A stretch of DNA of 45,283 bases. It comes from Candidatus Fermentibacteraceae bacterium. Lineage in GTDB: Bacteria; Fermentibacterota; Fermentibacteria; Fermentibacterales; JCC-6. The stretch spans positions 20,290 through 65,572 of the forward strand of contig JAWLEP010000007.1 of assembly GCA_041686025.1 (NCBI GenBank). The letters are read 5' to 3'. The first letter of the stretch is position 1. Each line of letters begins with the position of its first letter. Under the pieces are notes generated by a model, which saw nothing but the letters and a program-made list of their open reading frames with translations, had not been told where the DNA came from and ran no database searches. Position numbers and translations under genes: made by a program. This document shows positions 36,321-43,337 of the stretch, piece by piece.

Positions 36321-37012
36321 TGCCCGGGGGGTCGGCGGACGGGGGCGAGAGGCTGCTGGAGCTCTCCGACCTCTCGGTGGGCACCGACGGCAGGGTCCTG
36401 ATTACGGACCTCGACCTCTGCGTGCGGGAGGGGGAGTTCGTGGCCCTGCTGGGCCCCTCCGGCTGCGGCAAGACCACCCTCCTGCGGGCGGTGTCCGGCC
36501 TGATAGACCCGCTGGAGGGCGCGGTCCTGCTGCGGGGAGAGGAGGCCCCCGGCGACCACTGGCCCTCCTTCCGCCGGCGGGTGGTTCTGATACAGCAGAC
36601 CCCCGTGCTGCTGGACCAGACGGTGGAGGAGAACCTGCGGAGGCCCTTCGACTACGTCAGCGCCGGAGAGGCCGGCTTCCCCGGGGACAGGGCGGTGTCG
36701 CTGCTGGGGGTGTTCGGGGTGGACGAGTCCCGGATGTCCCAGAACGCCCGGTCGCTCAGCGTGGGTCAGCAGCAGAGGGTCTGCCTGGTGCGGGCCCTGA
36801 TACTCCAGCCGGATGTGCTGCTGCTGGACGAGCCCACCAGCGCCCTGGACCCGGAATCGGTCCGCTCGGTGGAGGAGGTCTTCGTGCGGGAGGCCAGGCA
36901 GAGGGGAATGTCGGCCCTTCTGGTAACCCACGACCGGGCCCAGGCCGAGAGGGTCTGCGACCGCAGCGTGGAGCTGGATCCCTACCTCACCGAGGAGGCC
37001 AGGTTTGGCTAG
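36320..37012 (+). CDS. fetA: ABC ATP-binding protein (FetA/YbbL-like)
   Basis: GPSGCGKTT, LSVGQQQR, LLDEPTSALD. Confidence 0.75.
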   Translation: MPGGSADGGERLLELSDLSVGTDGRVLITDLDLCVREGEFVALLGPSGCGKTTLLRAVSGLIDPLEGAVLLRGEEAPGDHWPSFRRRVVLIQQTPVLLDQTVEENLRRPFDYVSAGEAGFPGDRAVSLLGVFGVDESRMSQNARSLSVGQQQRVCLVRALILQPDVLLLDEPTSALDPESVRSVEEVFVREARQRGMSALLVTHDRAQAERVCDRSVELDPYLTEEARFG

Positions 37013-37814
37013 CCCCGTCCAGCCCATGGACCTCTCCTGGTGGCAGCTGGCCATCGCGGCTTCGCTGATACTGATCTCCGGGGCGGTGAGTCTGGCGCTG
37101 AAGCTGCGCATGGAGAAGAGGCTGGCCCTGGCCTCCCTGCGCACCATCGTCCAGCTGGGCCTGGTGGGCTACGTCCTCAAGTGGGTCTTCGAGCTGGACA
37201 CTCTCCTGGCCCTGGGCCCGGTGTTCCTGCTGATGATCGCCACCGCCACCGGGGCCGCCATACGCCGGCCCGAGCGCAGGTACGAAGGGGCCGCCCGGAG
37301 GGCTTTCTTCTCCCTGGCCCTCACCGGGCTGGTGATCACCGTCACCGCCACCAGGCTCATAATCGGAGTGGACCCCTGGTACGCTCCCTCCTACTTCATC
37401 CCGCTGCTGGGCATGGTCCTGGGCAACGGGATGAACGGCATCTCCCTCTGTCTGGACCACCTGCTGGAGAGCTTCTCGCTGCGGCGTGACATGGTGGAGA
37501 TGGAGCTTGCCCTGGGGGCCACGTCCTGGGAATCGGCCAGGGGGCCGGTCTCCTCGGCCGTCCGAAGGGGAATGATACCCATCATCAACTCCATGATGGT
37601 GGTGGGAATCGTCTCCCTTCCCGGAATGATGACGGGCCAGATACTGGCCGGCGCCGACCCCCTGCGGGCGGTGAAGTACCAGATAGTGATCATGTTCATG
37701 ATAGCCGCCGGCACCGCCATGGGCAGCATGCTCGTCGCCGTCCTGAGCTACAGGGCCCTGTACAACTCCCGGCACCAGCTGGTTTCCGACAGGATCCGCA
37801 GCAGAAAGGGATAG
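37005..37814 (+). CDS. fetB: UPF0014 ABC permease (FetB/YbbM-like)
   Basis: IPLLGMVLGN, LALGAT, VGIVSLPGMMTGQILAG..P..AVKYQI. Confidence 0.85.
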   Translation: MASPVQPMDLSWWQLAIAASLILISGAVSLALKLRMEKRLALASLRTIVQLGLVGYVLKWVFELDTLLALGPVFLLMIATATGAAIRRPERRYEGAARRAFFSLALTGLVITVTATRLIIGVDPWYAPSYFIPLLGMVLGNGMNGISLCLDHLLESFSLRRDMVEMELALGATSWESARGPVSSAVRRGMIPIINSMMVVGIVSLPGMMTGQILAGADPLRAVKYQIVIMFMIAAGTAMGSMLVAVLSYRALYNSRHQLVSDRIRSRKG

Positions 37815-37815
37815 C

Positions 37816-39387
37816 GTGCGCGCTGCATGGGCAATCACCGCGGCAACCGTGGCCGCCGTGCTCTGCCTGACCATTCTGGTGCCGTCGGCCGCCCCCTTCT
37901 CCGGCGACAACGGGCTGCGGCTGTGGGCGGCCTCCTCCGGCCCCGGGGCCCTGGACCGGGCGGTGCCGCCGGGGATGGACCCCGCCGGCTTCCCCCCCTC
38001 CCTGACCCGGGCGGGGCAGCATGGCCTCTTCCCCGCCTACGGAACACTCCTTCCCGCGGCGGTCTCACTGGGGGGCCTGCTGGATTCCCCGCTGGTCTGG
38101 CGGCTTCTGGTGGGGGCGGCGTCTCTTTTGGCCATTCCCCTCCTCACCGCCCTCTCGGGAAGCGACCGCAGGGCAGGCCCGCTGTGCTTCCTGGCCGCCG
38201 GGCTGCTGCCCTACTCGCTGCTGTTCTGGGAGCACGGCCCGGCGGTCACCCTGTTCCTGCTGGCCGCCCTGCTGCTGCGGCGGGCCCTTGGCAGCACCTC
38301 GGCCGCGCCCTGGTGGCTGGCCGCAGCGGCGTTGGCCTGCAGGCTGCGTCCCGAGCTGGCGCCGGCGGCCGCGGCGCTGCTGGCGGTTGCGCTGATCCGC
38401 GGGAGAGCCCTGCCGGGAGCGGGGAGGACGCTCCTCTGGGCCCTGGCCGCGCTGGGGGCCGCCGGCCTCGGAGCCCTGGTCTTCCCCGAGCAGGTGATGG
38501 GAGGGCAGGTGCTTGCGAACATGCCCGCCGGTCCGGCCGGGCTGCCGTCGTCCCGGCTGGAGGTCCTCACCGCGTGGACTGCGGGGGGGCCGCTTCCGGT
38601 GAGGGCGGCTGTCCTTCTGTGGGCCGCATCCTCCCTGGCCCTTCTCTCCGGCCGCGGCGGACCCCGCCTGCGCAGGGGGCTCCTGGCAGCCGGGCTGGCA
38701 GGCTCGGCCGTTCTGCTCTACCCGGTGGCCCGGAACTCGGCCGGCACCATGTCGCTGCTGACCCTGGCCCCTGCCGCCCTCCTGCTGCCGGCGGCCTCGT
38801 GGCGCGCCCGGGGGGAGGGCCGTACCCTACTGGCGGCGGGCATGCTGGGCGGGGGGCTGGTGGCCCTGCTGGCGCCCACCCACGGCATGTTCCAGTTCGG
38901 TCCCCGCTTCCTGCTGGGTCCGCTGGCGCTGGCGGCCGCCGGAGCCTGCCTGGGTCTCAGGGCCCTGAAAGGCAGGAACTGGCGCAGGGCCGCAGCTCTG
39001 GGGGCGCTGCTGCTGGGGCTGCTGGGATCGGCCCGGGGAGCATTGTTCTGCGGCTACTTCCGTATGAGCCACTCCCGGCTGCAGCGGTCTGTGGAGTCGG
39101 TCTGCTTCGACGCGGTGTGCACCGACCAGGAGTGGCTGCCCCTGGTCTGCTGGCGGCAGGCGGATGCCCTGCCCATACTGGTCACCGAACCGGCAACTGC
39201 GGAGAGACTGGCCTCGGGGGGGCTGGAGCTGGTGTGGCTGTCCCCCGCAACAGAGCTGGCCGGACGGGTGGGCGGGCGGGGCTACAGGGGAATGAGGTAC
39301 AGCCTTCCGGAGGGGTCCGGGGCGGAGCTTCCACCTCCCGTTCCGGGGGACATCACGCCCTCGCCGCCCGCGCTGGCGCTGAGGTAG
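37816..39387 (+). CDS. Polytopic membrane protein, possible GT-C glycosyltransferase
   Basis: FSGDNG, YSLLFWEH, QFGPRFLL motifs; many TM helices. Confidence 0.55.
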   Translation: MRAAWAITAATVAAVLCLTILVPSAAPFSGDNGLRLWAASSGPGALDRAVPPGMDPAGFPPSLTRAGQHGLFPAYGTLLPAAVSLGGLLDSPLVWRLLVGAASLLAIPLLTALSGSDRRAGPLCFLAAGLLPYSLLFWEHGPAVTLFLLAALLLRRALGSTSAAPWWLAAAALACRLRPELAPAAAALLAVALIRGRALPGAGRTLLWALAALGAAGLGALVFPEQVMGGQVLANMPAGPAGLPSSRLEVLTAWTAGGPLPVRAAVLLWAASSLALLSGRGGPRLRRGLLAAGLAGSAVLLYPVARNSAGTMSLLTLAPAALLLPAASWRARGEGRTLLAAGMLGGGLVALLAPTHGMFQFGPRFLLGPLALAAAGACLGLRALKGRNWRRAAALGALLLGLLGSARGALFCGYFRMSHSRLQRSVESVCFDAVCTDQEWLPLVCWRQADALPILVTEPATAERLASGGLELVWLSPATELAGRVGGRGYRGMRYSLPEGSGAELPPPVPGDITPSPPALALR

Positions 39388-39390
39388 GGC

Positions 39391-39633
39391 TCAGAAGCCG
39401 TTGGAGCTTATCTTCTCCGGCGGCTCCCTCTCCACCCGCTCCCTGCCCGGCTCCACCACCTCCTCCATGACCGCTCCCGGGGGAAGCCCGAAGCCCTCTA
39501 CAGCCAGCACCCTGTACATGGTGACGCCGCCTCTGGTGCCGCTGACGATGCAGAAGGGGCTGCCCGCCCTGTCGGCGCGGGACGAGGCCCGTCTCCTGGC
39601 CTCCTCGATGGTGGGCAGAAGCTCACTGGTCAT
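39391..39633 (-). CDS. Small hypothetical protein
   Basis: 80 aa ORF from ATG39633 with typical codon usage. Confidence 0.55.
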   Translation of the reverse strand: MTSELLPTIEEARRRASSRADRAGSPFCIVSGTRGGVTMYRVLAVEGFGLPPGAVMEEVVEPGRERVEREPPEKISSNGF

Positions 39634-39712
39634 GCCTCTGATATAGAAGGCTCCGGCGTACGAGAAAAGCGGCCGCCCCCTTCCGGGAACGGCCGCCGGG
39701 GAGAGAGGCCCG

Positions 39713-40249
39713 TCAGCGGTATCCGTGCATCCCGCCTCCGGGACCTCCGTGGGAACCACCTGCGGGAGGACCCTCCTCCACCATCTCCGCCAGCCTGGCC
39801 AGCTGCTCCTCGGTGAGCAGGTCGTGGATGTCCGCCAGGGCCCGGGCGACGATGCGACGAATGCTGTCCCGGGTCTCGTCCCGCTCCGCCATCAGCTCCA
39901 GCACCTCCGACTCGCTGAGATCCGGCGAGGCGAAGAGCTCCAGCATGCGGCGCCGGCCGTCGTCGCTGCGGGTGCCCTCGATCTCGGCGCGGATGTCGTC
40001 CCGGGCCTCCTCGAACACCGTTCGGATCTCCCCGCGCTGCTCCTCCGTCAGGTCCAGGGCGCCCAGCAGGCGCAGGAAGCCACCCAGCTGGGCCATCTCC
40101 GCAGGCCCCTCGGAGATCCGGGGCCTTCCGCCCCCCCGGGGGCCGCCCGCCTCGCCCATCATGGGCTGGGCCGAGGCCGCCGCGGCCAGCATCAGCGCCG
40201 CCGCTGCGGTTATCATGGCCGTCCTTCGGAATCCCTTCCTCATGTCCAT
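39713..40249 (-). CDS. Spy/CpxP-family periplasmic protein
   Basis: Signal peptide; two LTxxQ motifs (LDLTEEQR, LLTEEQL). Confidence 0.85.
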   Translation of the reverse strand: MDMRKGFRRTAMITAAAALMLAAAASAQPMMGEAGGPRGGGRPRISEGPAEMAQLGGFLRLLGALDLTEEQRGEIRTVFEEARDDIRAEIEGTRSDDGRRRMLELFASPDLSESEVLELMAERDETRDSIRRIVARALADIHDLLTEEQLARLAEMVEEGPPAGGSHGGPGGGMHGYR

Positions 40250-40468
40250 CACTCTCCCTTTCTTGCGAAGTGAATGCCCCAGGCCGAGGAATCGTAGTCG
40301 TCCTCCACCTGGTCGCTCATGGTATCGGAATCGATTACGTCCACCGCCACGAAGCTCCGCCTGGTCACATTCTCGGCGTACCATTCGTAGCTGTAGACGC
40401 CGTCCCCGGCCACCAGGTCTCCGTAGAGGCCGTCATCGCCGAGAGAATGCCGCTGCCGTCGCCTTCAT
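40249..40468 (-). pseudogene. Internally deleted secreted-protein gene
   Basis: AGGAGG RBS and ATG MKATAAA stop after 11 codons; another frame reads LGDDGLYGDLVAGDGVYSYEW...WGIHFARKGE-TGA and overlaps the Spy start. Confidence 0.6.
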
Positions 40469-40581
40469 TTCCTTCCTCCTCTCTGCTGTACATCCGACCT
40501 TTCACCGGTAAGCTGAAGGGCCGTGATGAACGGAGGACAAACGGAAGGTAACGGAATGTAACAGCCGCTCCGGAGGGAGGT

Positions 40582-40607
40582 AAGAAATAAGCCCCCGAAA
40601 AGGGGGC
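40582..40607 (-). terminator. Intrinsic terminator after tRNA-Asp
   Basis: GCCCCC...GGGGGC hairpin followed by TTATTTCTT on the minus strand. Confidence 0.7.
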
Positions 40608-40617
40608 CATGAAGGGA

Positions 40618-40695
40618 TGGCGGACCGGACGGGACTCGAACCCGCAGCTTCCGGCGTGACAGGCCGGTGCTCTAACCAGATTGAACTACCGGTCC
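40618..40695 (-). tRNA. tRNA-Asp(GTC)
   Basis: GGACCGG acceptor stem, anticodon loop CTGTCAC, GGTTCGAGTCC T arm, encoded CCA. Confidence 0.97.
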
Positions 40696-40865
40696 GCGCA
40701 TGAAGCGTTCATTCAGGGTCGGGAATATCGTCACTGGCCGTGGGATGTCAAGACCGGAGGGGCCTCCTCCGGTCCGGGAACTGTGCAGGCCCGGATGTAT
40801 TTCCTATAATCGAGGTGGACATTATGGCAACGATGTCAACATCCCTTGCGGAAAGGGGATCTGAG

Positions 40866-41483
40866 ATGCTTCGCACCGTACTGGCACTTGGTCTTCTGGC
40901 CTCGGCGGCGCTGGCGGCCGAGGTGGAGGTCGGTACCCCCGACTTCGAGAACAGCCTTCCCTTCTGCGGCGATTGAGCCCAGAGCCTCGACTACCAGTTG
41001 GTAGTCCTGTCCGAGGAGATGGACGGAGCGATGGAGATAGACGCCATCGCCCTGAAGAGACACCCAGACAGCCAGCCCCAGGCGAACTTCCAGCAGCTCA
41101 CCATCAGCATGGGCCTGTGCGAGTCCGACACACTGAGCGACACCTACGAGGACAACTACATCCCGGGTACCAAGACAACCGTTCTTGAAGAGTCGAATTT
41201 CACCGTAGACGCCCCGGCGGGCGACGAGTGGTTCTACGTCAACCTCGAAGAGCCCTACTGGTACAACGGCGAGGATAACCTCATATTGGAGTTCGAATGG
41301 CCGGGCGGCACCGGCTCCCTGTACGTATACCACTGGTTCACCGGCGAGAACCGGGCGGTGAACGGCGGTTACGGCAGCGGCTCGGGCTACCTGGAGGGGA
41401 ACATTCCGCATATGCTCCTGTCCGGGGCACTGAGTTTCGAGCAGACGACATTCGGGAGGATCAAGACGATCCTCATCCAATAG
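40866..41483 (+). CDS. Candidate secreted selenoprotein (CxxU at residues 34-37), 205 aa
   Basis: The two track ORFs (40740-40976 and 40998-41483) share a frame and are separated only by TGA 40974-40976; signal peptide; PFCGD-U-AQSLDYQ; SECIS-like hairpin just downstream; C-terminal TTFGRIK. Confidence 0.75.
40985..41016 (+). promoter_or_regulatory. Putative bacterial SECIS element
   Basis: GACTACC-AGTT-GGTAGTC perfect 7-bp stem; loop begins 19 nt after UGA with G at loop position 2; lower stem CCTC/GAGG. Confidence 0.65.
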
Positions 41484-41500
41484 AGGGCCAGCCGGCGCCG

Positions 41501-41530
41501 GAAGGGGCGGCCGAATGGCCGCCCCTTCTT
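41501..41530 (+). terminator. Hairpin after the selenoprotein candidate
   Basis: GAAGGGGCGGCC-GAAT-GGCCGCCCCTTC, 12-bp stem with short U tail. Confidence 0.65.
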
Positions 41531-41549
41531 CAAAACATCGGGAGCTTTG

Positions 41550-43238
41550 ATGAAGACCCTGCCGCTGCTTACCCTCCTGGCCATCACGGCCGCCGTATCG
41601 GCCCAGTGCCCGCTGGGCAGGACCCCGGAGACGGCATGCCCGGAAGCCGAGCCGGCATGTGCGCTCTACGTGGACGCCGACGGCGACGGCCTCTGCGACA
41701 ACCCCGGATCTCAGCCCGAAGCCGATGATACCGGCGAGACAGCAGAGACAGCCGCCGACTCCACCGTCGCCGCCCCCGACACAACCACGGAGGAGGAAGC
41801 TGCGGAGCCGGAGGGGGAGGAAGAACAGTCCTTCCCGGACACCACTGTCGCCGAAGACGCCACTCCGGAGCCTGCAGCAGCGCCGGACACGTCGTCTGAC
41901 ACAGGGACCGAACCCGCCGCGGAAGCGTCGGTTTCCATCCCCGCTTCGGAGGAGGATGCGGCCTCTCAGTCCGATACGGCAGCTGCAGTGGAGGGGCGAC
42001 TCCCTGCAGACACCGCCTCTGCCGCCGGGGAAGCAACGGACTGCCCCCTGGGGAGGACGCCGGATGAGGCCTGTCCGGAGAGCGACCCGCTCTGCGTGCT
42101 CTTCGTCGACGCCGACGGCGACGGACTCTGCGACAACCCCGGCCCGCAACCCTCGGATACCCTCGATGTCACCGCTTCCGAGGATACCTCGGCGGCCTCA
42201 TCCACCGAGCAGGAGGCCACCTGCTGCCCCCTGGGCAGGACGCCCGAGACCGCATGCCCCGAGGACGAGCCGCTGTGCGCCCTCTATGTGGACGGAAACG
42301 GAGACGGCCTCTGCGACAACCCCTTCGCCGGACTGACGCAGCCGGTGTGCAGCGTATTCGTGGCCACTCCCAACACCTGCCCCCTCTACCTCAACGCGGA
42401 ATCGGCATGTCCGGACTCCATGGCCCTCTGTCCGCACTGGTACGGAACCGGGCCCGGGGTCAGGTGCGCCAACCCCACCGGCGGCAAGAGGCGGGACATG
42501 ATAGTCCTGATAACACTGGCGGCACTCCTTCCCCTGGCCACCATCATCTCCCGCCATTACGCCTGCCGGGGCCGCAAGTGCTCCAGGGAGCGGGACAGGG
42601 CCCACATGATCATGCACGTGCTCAGCCTCATCGTCCTGGGATTCGTGGTTCAGGGCTGCTACTGCCCGCTGGGGGCCTTCCAGTACCTGTTCCTGCCCGG
42701 CGGCCTGAAGTTCCTGGGGTGGATGGGGCTGGCCATACTGCTTCTGCCCATGGTGTTCGCCCTGTTCTGGGGAAGGGTGTTCTGCGGCTGGGTATGCCCC
42801 CTGGGCGCCCTGCAGGACCTTCTGGGCAGGATCCACGTCCCCGGCAAACCCAGTCTTCCCGCCTGGCTAGACAAGTCCCTCCATTACCTGAAGTACGTCG
42901 TGCTGGCGGGGCTGGTGGCCTACCTCACTGCCGCCGCCCACGGTTCTTTCGCCGAAGGAAGCTGGCCCGCGGTATTCTGCCGGATAGACCCCTTCCACAC
43001 GATCTTCACCGGTTTCCTGGTGGGCCTGCTCTGGCTGGCGGTGCTCACAATTGTACTCTCGATTCTGCTGGGCCGGTTCTTCTGCAAGTACCTCTGCTTC
43101 TACGGTGCGCTGCTCTCGCTGCTCTCCAGGCTGCGCCTGTGGAGGCTTCTCACCGGACCCAGCAGGATGGCCGCCGACGCCGAGGAGGAGATGGAGACAG
43201 AGGAGCGCGAGGTGGAGGAGGGCTCACCGGAGGAGTAG
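41550..43238 (+). CDS. NapH/YccM-like Fe-S membrane protein with exported Cys-rich repeats
   Basis: Signal peptide; repeats CPLGRTP...C...C...DxDGDGLCDNP; membrane part with GCYCP, GRVFCGWVCPLG, RFFCKYLC. Confidence 0.8.
   Translation: MKTLPLLTLLAITAAVSAQCPLGRTPETACPEAEPACALYVDADGDGLCDNPGSQPEADDTGETAETAADSTVAAPDTTTEEEAAEPEGEEEQSFPDTTVAEDATPEPAAAPDTSSDTGTEPAAEASVSIPASEEDAASQSDTAAAVEGRLPADTASAAGEATDCPLGRTPDEACPESDPLCVLFVDADGDGLCDNPGPQPSDTLDVTASEDTSAASSTEQEATCCPLGRTPETACPEDEPLCALYVDGNGDGLCDNPFAGLTQPVCSVFVATPNTCPLYLNAESACPDSMALCPHWYGTGPGVRCANPTGGKRRDMIVLITLAALLPLATIISRHYACRGRKCSRERDRAHMIMHVLSLIVLGFVVQGCYCPLGAFQYLFLPGGLKFLGWMGLAILLLPMVFALFWGRVFCGWVCPLGALQDLLGRIHVPGKPSLPAWLDKSLHYLKYVVLAGLVAYLTAAAHGSFAEGSWPAVFCRIDPFHTIFTGFLVGLLWLAVLTIVLSILLGRFFCKYLCFYGALLSLLSRLRLWRLLTGPSRMAADAEEEMETEEREVEEGSPEE
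41607..42477 (+). repeat. Intragenic repeats of about 100 bp (three full, one degenerate)
   Basis: Copies start near 41607, 42042, 42225 and 42378. Confidence 0.85.
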
Positions 43239-43337
43239 CCACTGCCACTTGACCCGGCCCTGCTGCCGGTTTAGCTCTATTCTGTAAACTCGTCATCACC
43301 GTTGAGGGGTTTCCTGCCCGGGGAACGGAGGGACTCA

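Noticed and set aside
40618..40695. Integrated element at tRNA-Asp
   Set aside because: No integrase, no duplicated tRNA 3' end noticed and no compositional shift
40974..40976. Genome-wide TGA reassignment to Trp or Gly
   Set aside because: Many conserved genes here end at TGA, often in ATGA overlaps, and Trp is encoded by TGG
41607..42477. CRISPR array
   Set aside because: The repeats are about 100 bp, in frame, vary at synonymous positions and have irregular spacing; no cas genes are present
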